A stretch of DNA of 64,000 bases, from the NCBI GenBank assembly GCA_951406725.2, contig OX597814.1, forward strand, positions 85,312,001 to 85,376,000, read 5' to 3'. A model generated the notes under the pieces. That model saw only the letters and a list, made by a program, of their open reading frames with translations. It had not been told where the DNA came from and did no database searches. How positions within the stretch are numbered: position 1 is the first letter of the stretch; each line of letters begins with the position of its first letter. Shown here piece by piece: positions 35,409 to 48,826 of the stretch. The DNA comes from Octopus vulgaris (lineage: Eukaryota). The translations under genes and the position numbers were made by a program.

Positions 35409-36535
35409 GGCAGTGGCTCTCGTGGCTTCTGATCTTAACTGATTGGAAGTGTTATCATGTACATTGTTTTGTCTAGGTATTAAAGATGGGCTACAGCAAA
35501 TATTCTGCTCAGTACCACAGATTTGCTTGTCAGTTGTTTGACCTTAACCAGTTGAGCATGTCCCTTAGTGGCTGACGATATGTGCCTCTCTGATCACGAG
35601 CAGAAGTAGTGGGGGAGCATCATAGCCATGTGTTGAGAGGGATTCTTTGGGGTTTGAATAATTCACCTCTGGAAACATGGGTGGTTCTTTCAACATCCTT
35701 AAACAACCCTTATTCAGGGACCTTTTGAGCGGGATGGGCTACTCAACCTGAAGAAATTTCTAACTGGGCCCCCACCTGCAAGGTCATGTGCTCTTTATCT
35801 TGATATGAGATCACCATGTTGCGCACATATGGTTGTGATGCATGTGCCTGGTGTACCCTTATCAGACGGGTAGTCATGATGGGTATATTGGGCTTCGTAT
35901 ATTTTACCCCAGTGTCACTTTGATGGCATGAACTGCTCTCTCACTCAATAATAATAATAATAATAAAAAAAATAAAAAAATGCCCTGATGCAGTACCAGA
36001 CAGTAGCTCTCGTGGCTTCTGATCTTAACTGATTGGAAGTGTTATCATGTACATTGTTTTGTCTTGGTATTAAAGATGGGCTGCAGCAAATATTCTGCTC
36101 AATACCACAGATTTGCTTGTCAGTTGTTTGACCATAACCAGTTGAGCATGTCCGTTAGTGGCTGATGATATGTGCATCTCTGGTCATGAGCAGAAGTAGT
36201 GGGTGAGCATCATAGCCATGTGTTGAGAGGGATTCTTAGGGGTTTGAATAATTCACCTCTGGAAACATGGGTGTTTCATTCAACATCCTTAAACAACCCT
36301 TATTCAGGGTCATTTTGAGTGGGATGGGTTACTCAACCAGAAGAAATTTCTAACTGGGCCCCACCTGCAAGGTCATGTGCTCTTTATCTTGATACAAGAT
36401 CACCATGTTGCGCACATATGATTGTGATGCATGTATCTGGTGTATCCTTATCAGATGGGTAGTCATGATGGGTATACTAGGCTTCGTATATTTTACCCCG
36501 GTGTCACTTTGATGGCATGCACCTCTCTCTCACTC

Positions 36536-36538
<3 letters not shown>
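35390..36538. mobile_element. Two tandem ~560-bp copies of an (AAT)n-embedded element (35390-35948 and 35981-36538)
   Basis: Highly similar direct copies with matching termini (tgccctgatgcagtaccag ... ctctctcactc), each flanked by (AAT)n. No intact ORF. Confidence 0.8.
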
Positions 36539-36571
<33 letters not shown>

Positions 36572-36579
36572 TATAATAA

Positions 36580-36940
36580 TATGGTTCCAGGTTCAGTCCC
36601 ACTGCGTGACATCTTGGGCAAGTGTCTTCTGCTATAGCCTCGGGCCGACCAAAGCCTTGTGAGTGGATTTGGTAGACGGAAACTGAAAGAAGTCTGTCGT
36701 ATATATGTATGTATATATGTATGTGTGTGTATGTGTTTGTGTGCCTGTGTTTGTCCCTCTAGCATTGCTTGACACCCGATGCTGGTGCGTTTACGTCCCC
36801 GTCACTTAGCGGTTCGGCAAAAGAGACTGATAGAATAAGTACTGGGCTTACAAAGAATAAGTCCCAGGGTCAATTTGCTCGACTAAAGGCGGTGCTCCAG
36901 CATGGCCACAGTCAAAATGACTGTAACAAGTAAAAGAGAT
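36580..36940 (+). mobile_element. SINE family A, 5'-truncated
   Basis: Matches 7126-7475. Confidence 0.85.
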
Positions 36941-37549
36941 TAATAATAATAATAATAATGGCTTCAAATTTTGACACAAGGTCAGCAACTTTGGGGGAGG
37001 GAGAAGTTGATGACATTCACCCTATGCTGAACTGGTATTTATTTTCTCAACCCCAAAAGGATACAAAGCAAAATTGACTTTCACAGTATTTGAACTCAGA
37101 ATGTAAAGACAGATGAAATGCCACATTTTGCTTTTGTTACCATAGTAGTTGTTTGCTGATGTTATTTCCAGGTTATGTGTGATTTTTTTCTTTTGTTTTC
37201 GTTACCTTGACAATGACACACTATCATTTTCAACTTGGATGCTTACTGACCTCATTAAAAGCAATCCTTCTCTCTCTCTCTCTGCTATACTCTTTTTCAC
37301 TCACTTGTGTCGCTTTGTTGAATAATATTGTAAGTTTTTTCCCAACTCCTTGTTTTTAGCAGAGAAAAATCAAGATTTAGCTGTTTTGAACAATTTCAAA
37401 ACAACTGAAACTCCAACTGGGTTGACATTATGCATAAACCACTACATCTAAATGCAGTTGATGAGCTCTGATTAACAAAAATCAAGCAAACACAATGAGA
37501 AATTTTGATAAAAGCTTACAAAGATGAAAATTAGAATGGCTTCTTGTTC

Positions 37550-37559
37550 TGTAGTAGTA

Positions 37560-37610
<51 letters not shown>

Positions 37611-37634
37611 GTAATAATAATAGTAATAATAATG

Positions 37635-37690
<56 letters not shown>
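37550..37690. repeat. (AAT)n microsatellite, ~140 bp
   Basis: Seen directly. Confidence 0.95.
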
Positions 37691-37691
<1 letters not shown>

Positions 37692-38921
37692 GTTGTAACG
37701 ATCAGCTACTCATCAATAAGATGATCTTAGAAGATTGTCATAAACAACACAAAAACTTGTCAATAGTCTGGATAGACTATAAAAAAGCTTTTGATAGCTT
37801 ACCACATAGCTGGATTAAGAAACATCTAGAAATGTATAAAATAGTGCCTACTCTGTGAAACTTTTTGTCTGTAAGTGTAAGATCATGGAGAACCATACTG
37901 ACTTTGAACAGTGACAATGAATCTCTAAATGCTGGAGATGTAAAAATTTCAGGTGGCATTTTCCAGGGTGACTCACTATCACCACCCCTCTTTCGTCTAG
38001 CCTTAATACCTCTCTCAAAATTGCTCAATGATGCACAGCACGGTTATAAAATATTTGATAAAAATATAAATCATCTCATTTACATGGATGATTTAAAGCT
38101 CTTTGCAAAACATGACCAACAACTCAAGGGCTTATTAGCAATTGTTAAACAATTCAGTAATGACACCAGAATGCAATTTGGCCTTGATAAATGTGCAAAA
38201 GCTACCTTTATCAAAGGAAAAATGACAGAAACATCTAATGTTAACCTTGAGCAGCAGAATGTCATAAAAGAGTTAGAACCAGCGGAGAGATACAAATACC
38301 TAGGGGTACTTGAAGGGGATGGAATCAGGCATTCAGTGATGAAGGAAAGGATCAGGAGAGAATGTTATCACAGGGTGAGAGCAATTCTTAAGACAGAGCT
38401 GAATGCAAGAAGTGATCAATGTTTTAGCCATACCAGTCGTGACTTACAGTTTCAATATCATTAACTGGTCAATTACTGAATTATGTAATCTTGACAGAAA
38501 AATACAAAAACTATTGACAATGCATAGAATGCATCACCCTAAGGCAGATATAGAATGACTTTATCTGCCAAGAAAAGAAAGAGGCTGTGGACTTTTACAA
38601 CTGGCATTAACAATGAAGATTGCCACAATTGGCCTAGACACTGGCCTGAAAAACGCTGAGGACTAGATGTTAAAACTTGTCTCAAAACATGAAAACAAGA
38701 AAGCATCATATTCAGTAACGAAACAGACAAAGGAATATCTAAGTGAATTCCAAATACAACAAATTCCAGAATTAGACATATGAGAAACAAGCACAGAAAA
38801 AGCTAAGCATATGAAAACCCGTGCTAAAACTGCTGCCTTAGATATGGCAAGAAAAACCTCTCAATGGCAAATACCCAAAGAGAGCGAATAATGCCAATGT
38901 TGACAAAGCCCTTACCCATCA
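37691..38921 (+). mobile_element. R4/Dong-clade non-LTR retrotransposon fragment (reverse transcriptase pseudogene)
   Basis: GCNDQLLIN...WIDYKKAFDSLPHSWI...GIFQGDSLSP...HLIYMDDLKLF...FGLDKC...YKYLG, with stops and frameshifts. Starts directly after (AAT)n. Confidence 0.88.
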
Positions 38922-39285
38922 AGAATGGTTGTGTTTAGTTTCTGTAAAACAAGTAGCAGTAATATGCTGTGAAGGACACCTTTGGAGAAAATGCAAAAAT
39001 TACATTGAGATTCAGAACAGAAAAAAAAATACACTTAAGATGTAGAATGAGAGATTGGTGGTGGATCAATGAGTTTCAGATGTGACATTTTTGCTGAAGA
39101 TTTGTTTCACAATGATTACAATGAAATTTGATTCTCACTGTTTTGTATGACAACACTGAATTTCTTTCAAAAAAAATTTTTTTTTAGTTTCATATAGAAA
39201 GATTTGATCTGCTAATGTTACTGGTTAAATTGAAGTTGAACCCGACATTTTTGTATTATGAGGAAATAGTTAAACCATAACTTAC

Positions 39286-39398
39286 CTTGTTAAGTATCAG
39301 TATAGCTGGTATGTGTGTGTTACAGTACAGAAGTTGAAGAATAGACTGGCCAAGTTCTCGCGAATACCATCTATTGGAAACATCAACTATGATTCCAA
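39286..39398 (-). CDS. ERAL1: ERAL1 internal exon
   Basis: ttttcag| ... |gtaagt; 113 nt, phase 1/0. Encodes (I)GIIVDVSNRWYSRELGQSILQLLYCNTHIPAILILNK. Confidence 0.93.
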
Positions 39399-39564
39399 CT
39401 GAAAATGAAAGCAGAGTCTTTGTATAAACATACTGCAACCAAAAACTCAGGGATGTTAGTTCAACATTTACTTCCTCAAGTCTACATAACCTTCTGAATA
39501 TCCCCATAAACATTTATTCCCTCTGTTTACATCACTGTTTACCCCAGGTGTTTAATTAACTTTG

Positions 39565-40048
39565 CATATGGATGAAGACAGTTGCATAAAGAAGTGCCAA
39601 GCTCTAATTGTGGAAGGTACCTGTGGAGAGGTAGACCCAGGAAGATGTAGGACAAAATGGTGAGAAAGGATCTTCAGATGTTGGGCTTCATTATGGAAAT
39701 GACAAGCGACCGGGATATGTGGTGATAAGACATGTCAAGCTAAGTAAAATCACTATCTTCCACACATACAGGGTAGTCCTTTCAGGTGCCGGTGCCACAT
39801 AAAAAGCACCTGTGCCAGTACTGCACTAATGCATCCATGCTAGTGCTGCATAAATGCACCCATGCAGGTGGCACTTAAAAAAACACCCAGCACACTCTGT
39901 TAAGTGGTTGGCTTTAGGAAGGGCATCTAACCATAAAAACCATGCCACAACAGACAGTTGGAGTTTGGACAACTCCCTGCTAGCCAGCTCCATGTCAAAC
40001 TGTCCAACCCATGCCAGTATGGAAAGCAGACATTAAACGATGATGATG
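39565..40048 (+). mobile_element. Degraded RTE ORF end plus 3' tail
   Basis: Homologous to 11405-11580 (atggatgaagacagttgcataaagaagtgcc...ggtagacccaggaag) and to the tail. Confidence 0.8.
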
Positions 40049-40514
40049 TCTCAAATGCTCAACTGCTAGCATTACTTACAATTTTAGAGTCATCTCAGGC
40101 TATCAACCAACGGACACTTCTTTGTTGTTTGTCAGTTTTGTGCTGCTTTTCAGCTCATAATTATTTTTATAATCATCTTCCAATGCTATTTTATTGTTCA
40201 CTAACCTATGTTGCTTCAAATTAATATTTTGTTTATACTAAAACAGACAAATTAGAAAGGTAAGGTTATATAAAACTGGTATATACAAGTAAATGCATAT
40301 TTTGGCAGTTAATCACCATTAAGATATAATTTCAGTTCCCGAATGAAACACTTAGGGTGTAAATACATTGATTTCCCAGAACCTTTGGTTCCAAAGGTTC
40401 TGCTAAGGTTAACTTTGCTTTTCATCCCTTGAAAGTCAATAAAATACAGGAGTTGATGTAACTGAGTTATCCCACTTTGTGCCAGGATTTGAAAGCATTA
40501 TTATTATTATTATT

Positions 40515-40814
40515 ATTCCTTCTTTCTTCAAATTTTCTCCCGTTTCTTGCCCAGTGTTTTCCATACACCTAGGGCAGAGAAGCTCATTGTATGCATTCCC
40601 AGGTTACACATGCAAATTCACAGGTAAAACTTATTAAAAAAATTAATAGATAAATAAATTCATAAATGGATGTTGTTTTCACAGTGATAATGCTCTTCTC
40701 AGTACATGAGCCATTCCAGTTAACACGATTTTTTGAACTTCCTGTAGGGATGGTAAGCTTGGTATCATTTTCAAATAGGTTTCAGTACCTTTTTTTTATC
40801 ATTCCTAGAGATCC

Positions 40815-40815
<1 letters not shown>
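40515..40815 (-). mobile_element. Dong/R4-like 3' end fragment between (AAT)n tracts
   Basis: The minus strand encodes GSLGMIKK/GTETYLKMIPSLPSLQEVQKIVLTGMAHVLRRALSL*. Homologous to 52140-52460. Confidence 0.75.
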
Positions 40816-40857
<42 letters not shown>

Positions 40858-41104
40858 AGGAGGTGAGGTGGTAGAATCATTAGCATGTCAAATAAAATAT
40901 TTAATGGCAATTTTTTTTGAGTCTTAACAGAATTCAAATTTTGCTGGTGTTGATTGCCTTTCATCCTTTTGGAGTTGATAAAATAAGTACTGGCTGGGCA
41001 CTAGGGTCAATGTAATTGACTTACCTCCTCCCCTAAGATTGCTTGCCTTGTACCAAAATTTGAAAGAATTATTACTATCATCCTCATCAATATTAAAAGG
41101 GTAA

Positions 41105-41410
41105 AGACCCCCTTTGGTCATGAATGACCATGGAATTGCACTTAGAAAGTTGCCCAAGCAAGATTGTTTATGGAAGACCAGCAGTTACCCAAGCATATCA
41201 GCCTTCCCTCCCTATGCCATTAATGTTATCCAAAGGAAAGGCCGATATAGATTGGCACCAGTAACTCACTTCTACAGCTGAGTGAACTGGAGCAGTGTGA
41301 AATGAAGTGTCTTGCTCAAGAACATAACACACAACCTAATCCAGGGATCAAACTCATTACCTTATGGTTGTGAGCCCAATGCTCTAACCACTGAGCCATG
41401 CGCCTTCACA
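41105..41410 (-). mobile_element. SINE family C copy
   Basis: Reverse complement of 21437-21727. Confidence 0.8.
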
Positions 41411-41437
41411 TCATCAATATTATTATTATTATTATTG

Positions 41438-41735
41438 CTAATGACTAAACTGTTTTAGAACTACATTCAGTGCTTTAAGTGTTGTAACTCTGAATTACAA
41501 AAGTCTGTGCATGTCCTCAGCCAAAGGATGAAATAAGAAAGGAGAAAAGATAATGAAGATGATAAGAACAATAATCATCAATATTACTACTATTATTATT
41601 TTCTTATCATCTTCATTATCTTTTCTCCTTTCTTATTTCATCCTTTGTCTGAGGACATGCACAGGCCTTTGTAATTCAGAGCTACAGCACTTGAAGCACT
41701 GAATGTAGTTCTAAAAACATAGTTTTAGTCATTAG
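41438..41735. repeat. Long imperfect inverted repeat (~135-bp arms, ~20-nt spacer)
   Basis: ctaatgactaaa...gataatgaagatgataagaa versus ttcttatcatcttcattatc...tttagtcattag. Confidence 0.92.
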
Positions 41736-43552
41736 TAAATATTGAATAATGAAGAGACAATCAGAAATAAATGAAGAGAAGCCAGAATAAGGAATTAAAA
41801 AAGGATTAATCTCATTGTTTAACTTCTGATCAAACAAACCTATGAAGAAGTTGTGATCATCCCATCTTTTTCAGACAGTGTGTCTAGGATTCATGGTATA
41901 TATCATATATGGATTAGAGATAAAGTTATGTTAGCTATGTGATATCTACTGCTGTAGAGAACACAAGTTTAAAATTCTTACAGGTTTAAGAATGGTGAGA
42001 AGTTAGTAAGAAACTGCTAGTAAATTAAAATACTAATCAGGGTATGCTGGTATTCATTAATGAATCACCTTTTTTTTTATCTTTATCACTGTCTATCTAC
42101 TATAGCATGTATATTCACTAATGCCAAAAATAGCATGCCCATATACAAATGCACATACACACACACATATGTAGTTAAAATTAGTATTTTTTAGTATTTT
42201 TATACATATTACATTTGCTGAAGCTGACATTTCACATTTTGTAACTTAAAGTTTCAAGCTTCTGATCTTCAGGCAACATATACACATGTTTTTATAAACA
42301 TAAATATAGCAAACATTGACTGAATAAGGAACACAATATATGTGTAGGCTTTAAAATTTATTATTATTTTATTCATGGTAATATCGAAGGTGCAGGCATG
42401 GCCAACAACTTGGTCTTGGTTTCAGTCCTACTGTACAGCATCATGGGTAGGTGTTTTCTACAAAAGCCCCAAACTCACAAAAGCTTTGTGGGTGGATTTG
42501 GTAAATGGAAACTGAAAGAAATCTGTTTGTGTGTGTGTGTGTGTGTGTGCACACGCGCGTACATGTGTATGTGTGCGTGCGCGTTACCATCTCTTTGCTT
42601 TGACTTTATGTGATAGTTGTAAATGAACGTCACCATTTATTTCCAATCTTCTTGGAAAACACGTCTGGTCACAGGGTGATGTTAACTCATTTGGAAACAG
42701 GTGAATGTCAGTGACAGGAAGGGCATCAGGTTGTAGGAAACCCAACTCAACAAATTCTGCCTGATCCATGCAGGCATGGAAAAGTGGATGTTAAATTATG
42801 ATGATGATGATGATGATGATAACTTTGAGGTTTCACTGAGTCTGTGCCTTAGCCTCAGACTTAGCAAAACTTTAAAGTCACAGTCAATACATAAACATAT
42901 GGTATGGTATGAGAAATCCTAGCTTGAAAGATTAAGGCTTCTAATTTGTATGGTTAAAGATGTAATATCACCTTGGTTTACTGGTTAGCACAACAGGCAT
43001 GAAGTTTGATTACAATAGGCAATGTTACAACGTTTTTCATCTTCTAAAACATACACATTCTAACATAGAAATGCATACATTCAGGGACTGTATAACTTGA
43101 TACACATACTCAAATACTTAATTCTCTTCCTGTATTTTCTGAGTTAAAAATGTATGCAGTATTACCAGTAATACACATACTTCTTCCTCAAATTTCCCCT
43201 ACTTCTCTCTCTGTGTATCCATCTTGCTCTCTATACATCCATCTCTTTATATATCTATTAGGCTATCAATGTATTTTTTCTCTGAATATTTATCTCTCTC
43301 TCTTTCTCTCTCTATGTATTTCTCAGTATTTTTCTCTCCATCTAGCTGCATCTCTGTCTAGCTATCTATATATTTCTCTCTGAATATCTATGTATATATG
43401 TATATGCTGTTCTCTCTCTCTTCTCTGCACCTATCAACCCCTCATAGCCACTTACACTGCATGTTACACGAGTAATTAACACGTCAATGAGAAATGGGTT
43501 TGGCTGCAAGGAGCTGGCAGAGCCTTTCTAGATGGACAGCAAAGCTGTTAGT

Positions 43553-43581
43553 GACGCCACCTGCAGGCTGCCATCTTCTGG
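43553..43581 (-). promoter_or_regulatory. Two adjacent CTCF-like motifs
   Basis: The minus strand reads CCAGAAGATGGCAGC then CCTGCAGGTGGCGTC, both close to the CCASYAGRKGGCRS consensus. Confidence 0.45.
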
Positions 43582-44414
43582 CAGTGAAGTGAGAAAGCCG
43601 ACAACTTGATAGATATATACTTCACACTTGGTCTTGGCCAGAGAGACACCCACACATGCAGCTACTACCACCCAGGGGGATAGAGTCCAGCACTCTAGCA
43701 TGCAACATGCCAGCTCTGAGTGGAGAGCAGCTAAAACACAAAGAAATAAATATCAACAAAAGAAAAAAATTAAAATAACAACTACAAACAACAGCCATCA
43801 TAATAAACTATAATTACAACAACTATGATAATCTGTTTTTCTACTTGCTGTTATTATGTAGATAAGATGGCTTCCACCAAATCCAACTATTAGTTCTTGT
43901 TGAAGCACAACAAACAACAACATGAAGTGTAGAAAATTGATTGTATCCACAGCAACTAAATTCTCAGAAGAAATTCACTAAGACTTCATCATCATCATTT
44001 AGCATCTGTTTTCCATGCTGGCATGGCATAGATAGTTTAACTGGAGCTGGTAAGCCAGAGAGCTGTACAAGGCTCCAGTCTGATTTGGCTTGGTTTCTAC
44101 AACTGGATGCCCTTCCTAATGCCAACCATTCCAAGAATGTAGTAGGTGCTTTTTATATGTCACTGGTATGGGTGTCTTTTACGTGTCGCCACCACTGACC
44201 ACAGCTAATAATAATAATAATATTAATGAAAAGGTTGCAAGATGCAACGAAAATTTTAGAAAATAAAAATAAGAAATAAGTGGAAATTTTACCAGTGAGT
44301 GTGTTAAATAATAAGGCACTAAATGAGAATGACTCTCCCCAGACACAACAGAATATGCTTCAACACATGAACTCATATAAAGAATCTTGCAAACCAAATC
44401 CAAAAATAATAATA

Positions 44415-44710
44415 TAGATACCAGGAAACTCCAAAATGGCAGAAATTCAAAAGATAGTGCTCAAGGGAACTGCCAATATCCTATGCAAAATACTTTCAAT
44501 GTAATCTCAAGTTTTAAAACAAACACATAATTTTCTTACGGTTTCTTAAACATTCCCTAGAACAACACTATGTACAAAACCAAATATATGGCACCGAAGG
44601 CATAACACCAGCATGAACTTTCAACTTGTTGTCTCTTGAGGTCTCTGGGTGAGACTTGGAGCCAACTTGTACAAATGTAAAGCAAAAGTCAAACATAAAA
44701 TAATAATAAT
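44415..44710 (+). mobile_element. Dong/R4-like ORF C-terminus plus 3'UTR ending in (AAT)n
   Basis: Encodes IPGNSKMAEIQKIVLKGTANILCKILSM*. Confidence 0.72.
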
Positions 44711-44711
44711 A

Positions 44712-45016
44712 ATCCTTTCTACTATAGGCACAAGGCCTGGAATTTGTGGTGAGGGAGATAGTCAATTAATCGATCCCAGTACTTGACTGGTACTTAATTT
44801 ATCGACCCTGAAAGGATAAAAGGCAATGTTGACCTCGTGGAATTTGAACTGAGGATGTAGTGGCAGATGAAATGCCACTAAGCATTTCGCCCGGCATGCT
44901 AATGTTACTGCCAGCTCGCCACCTTAATAATAATAATAATGATAATTCTCTCTACATTAAGCACAAGGCCTGAAATTTTGTGGGAGAGGAATATGGTTGA
45001 ACACGCAGTGGTGGCG

Positions 45017-45055
<39 letters not shown>

Positions 45056-45284
45056 ACAACAACAACAACAACAACAATCCTTTCTACCTGGTCTGAAATT
45101 TGGGGGGAGGGAACTAGTCAATTACATCGACCCCAGTGTTTCACTGGTACCTAATTTATCGAACCCAAAAGGATGAAGGGCAAAGTTGACCTCAGTAGAA
45201 TTTGAACTCAGAATATAAAGGCAGATGAAATGCTGCTAAGCATTTTGCCCAGTGTGCTAACGATTCTGCCAGTTCGCCACCTTG

Positions 45285-45333
<49 letters not shown>

Positions 45334-46470
45334 AAATGATAATTTTGAATTCAAATTTTGGTACAAGACCAGCAATTTCAAGGGAGGGTGTAAGTTGATT
45401 ACATCGACCCCAGTGCTCAACCAGTACTTATTTCCTTGACACTGAAAGGATGAAAGGCAAAGTCAACCTCGGCAGAATTTGAACTCAAAACATAAAGGTA
45501 GATGAAATGCAACTAAGTATTTTGCCTGACGTGCTAATGACTCTGCCAGCTCACTAACTTAAAAAACTTCAAATAATAATAATAACAATCTGTTCTACTA
45601 TAAACACAAAGTCTGAAATTTTGGGAGAGGGAATGCGGTTGATTACATCAACCCCAGTGCATAACTTATTTTGATGACTCCTGAAAAGATGAAAGGCAAA
45701 GTTAACCTCAGTAACCTCAGCGACTTCAAACAAGGAGCATAAATACATACAATGCTACTAAGCATTTTGCCTGGTGCACTAACAATTCGGCCACCTCACT
45801 GCCTTAGTAATAATAATGATAATCTTTTCTACTGGTGGCACAAGGCCTCAAATTTGTGGGGTGGGGACTAGTTGATTATATTGACCCCAGTGTTTCACTG
45901 GTATTTAATTTATCGACCCCCAAAAGGATGAAAGGCAAAGTTGACCTCAGTGGAATTTGAACTCAGAATGTAGCGGCAGGTGAAATACCTCTAAGCATTT
46001 CGTCCAGCATGCTAATGATTCTGCCAGCTCACCAACTTAATAATAATAAGAAGAAGAGTAATAAGAATCCTTTCTACTATAGGCACAAAACCTGAAATCT
46101 TGGGGGAAGGGGCCAGTCGATTAGACTGACCTCAATTCTCAACATGTACTTAATTTATCAACCCTGAAAGGATGAAAGGCACAGTCAAACTCGGCGGAAT
46201 TTGAATTCAGAATGTAAAGACGGACAAAATACTGATAAACATTTTGCCTGTGATGCTAACAATTCTGCTAGTTCATTGCCTTAATAATAATAATAATCCT
46301 TTCTACTATAGGTACATGGTCTGAAATTTTGGTGGGTGGGGCAAGTCAATTACATTGATCCCAGTTCTCAAGTGGTGCTTATTTATTCAACTCTGAAAGG
46401 ATGAAAGGTCGACTTAGGTGGCATTTGAACTCAGAATGTAAAGACAGAGAAATCTTGCCACCTCACTACA
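44712..46470 (-). mobile_element. Head-to-tail array of ~7 SINE family B copies separated by (AAT)n
   Basis: Copies at approximately 44712-44925, 45078-45283, 45350-45560, 45588-45806, 45822-46040, 46067-46283 and 46297-46470, plus a partial tail at 44945-45000. Confidence 0.9.
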
Positions 46471-46936
46471 GTAATAATAATAATAATAAATAATGATAGT
46501 TGTTGGTTTTTAATGTTTGTATTTGTAGTGTGTAGTGATGTGTCCTATTTGTGTTGAAGTGTTGTTGTGATACCTGAGTCCTCCCTGCAACAGGGGCAAA
46601 GTATAGCCAGAAAATGGATTATATTGAGTTATTCAACTGACTACTTATATGACATAGATGAGCTTTGATCAGATTTAACATAGAGTTAATCTGCACCTAA
46701 ATCACAACAACTACAACCCCACAAAGACATAATGTTTGTGAAGTGTTAGTTACAAGTTCGAACTATATAACTTCATTGAAACTACTCTACTCCCAGGTCA
46801 AGGTACATAATTTTGTATGCCTCAGCTTACTTGACTGACAAACAGATTTCATGATTCCCTTCACAGCTTTTGCTGTTGTTGTTGTTTATTAGCTCCATTC
46901 ATCTCTGCATGAGCAAATTCATAGCAAGTAGTTAAA

Positions 46937-47243
46937 GGCGCAGGCATGGCTATGTGGTAAGAAGCTTGCTTCTCAACCACATGGTTCCAGGTTCAGCCCC
47001 ATTGTGTGGCACCTTGGGCAAGTGTCTTCTACTATAGCCTTGGGCTGATCAAAGCCTTGTGAATGGACCTGGTAGATGGAAACTGAAAGAATCCCGTTGT
47101 GTGTATATATATGTGTGTGTGTGTTTTTGTCGCTGTGTTTGTCCCCTCCACCCCCATTTCTTGACAACTGGTGTTGGTGTGTTTACATCCCTGTAAGTTA
47201 GGAAGTTTGGCAAAAGAGATTGATAGAATAAGTACTAGATTTA
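46937..47243 (+). mobile_element. SINE family A copy
   Basis: Matches 7083-7380. Confidence 0.85.
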
Positions 47244-48391
47244 AGAATGCTGCTGAGGAGGGAGATGTAACATATTACTTTCAGTTCAAAGATAGAAGAG
47301 AGATTGTTGAAGATAATTTCATTGCTATATTAAACAAGAAGATGAAATTAAATAGTAAAGTAACTACAAGTTTTAGAGTGGGGGAAAGTCAGCCCTTGTG
47401 ACCCTTACCATGGTTTCTGAAACTAGTGGGAAGAAGGGAAGCAGTTAATTTCTGGAGGCCTGGCTCAAAATGCAAGAGAGTGACTGTTGCAAAGCAATGT
47501 TCTCCATAGAATGTGAGATCCCCCATCCCACCAAGGGCTTACGAGGATTGAAAAAGTATCAGATAGATCACCCAATTTAATAGAATTAAGATTTTTTTTT
47601 CTAAACCATAATCCTGAGAAAATAGAGTTCTGTAGATTTTAACCACTGAAATAATTACAAATGACTAGCTGTGACAAATTCATTTCCTTTGATCTGCAAA
47701 CAAGAAAACCATGCATTTCATCCCTGCCTCTCCAACTAGTTACACATTATGGAAATTGTTACAAATTGTTCAAAAAAGGCTGTAGAAATCCAGCTTTAAT
47801 ATGGACGAACAGAATTTTGTGAAAAATTTTCTGCTTTAGCAAGTATGAAAACAATACAGAAGCTGTCTACAGATGGAAAATGATATAAGGTTTGCCTTGA
47901 TAAGCATTTGTCTCAGTATCAATGATATTGTTAATAAATGTAACAATATTATGATAGGTTGTATTTATGTGTGTATTGTACTTTCATTTAAATTTTATAT
48001 ACCACATTAACAACTCCTGACTTTTTAAATTTGTCCAGTATCACAGAAAATATAGAATCATATGTATGTAGACACTATTTCATTTTCTTATTAAAGTTGG
48101 GACTTCCCTAATAGTTGGTGGGGAAGCTAGTAGTTGTCAATTTGAGAACCACTGCACTAAAAGAATGAAGGGCCAGGTGACTACATTAAGCCAAATGATG
48201 GATAAAGCCTAACATCTATAAAAGATTACAAAGGATTTCAGGTGAAGTTGCTGGACATCAACTTATACTGCTGGACTATGGTCATATGTTTAAACCTCAC
48301 TACAACCATTGTTTTAAGGCACAAAATTGTGCTTGATGAGCCCTGAATTTGAATTATTTTGTTAAAAGTAAGTGTGAAATGCATTTTGGGT

Positions 48392-48618
48392 TTACCCCTT
48401 TAGCATTTAGATTATTCTGTCAAATGTAATTTCTTTTTCATTTACATTGTTTTTAATTAATTGTGCATTATTTTGTAGTTTCAAAATTTTGATGACGTGA
48501 TTGTATATCTTATAATGGCATTGAAGGATAGTGTGATAGGCTGTATCTGGCTGGTTAGAACATAAAACAGGTTGTGTATTTGGGTCAGATGTGGCTGGTT
48601 TAAATGTTAAAAGGTTAA
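48392..48618 (+). mobile_element. piggyBac-type MITE copy
   Basis: Homologous to 31379-31583. Confidence 0.75.
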
Positions 48619-48750
48619 AGTGTAATCTGACATAAAGCCACTCTAACTTCATAGTTGAGAGGTTAGCAGTAGGAATAGCAACCAGGAATAGCAACCACTA
48701 AGTAATTGCTCTAACAAATAAACCATCACAACCATGCAAGCGTGTATGTA

Positions 48751-48784
<34 letters not shown>

Positions 48785-48826
48785 AATGAAAGAATGGAGT
48801 CCAACGAAGATGTTAACAAAATTCCT

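Noticed and set aside
37865-38464. Functional reverse transcriptase gene
   Set aside because: Truncated at both ends, with stops and frameshifts nearby.
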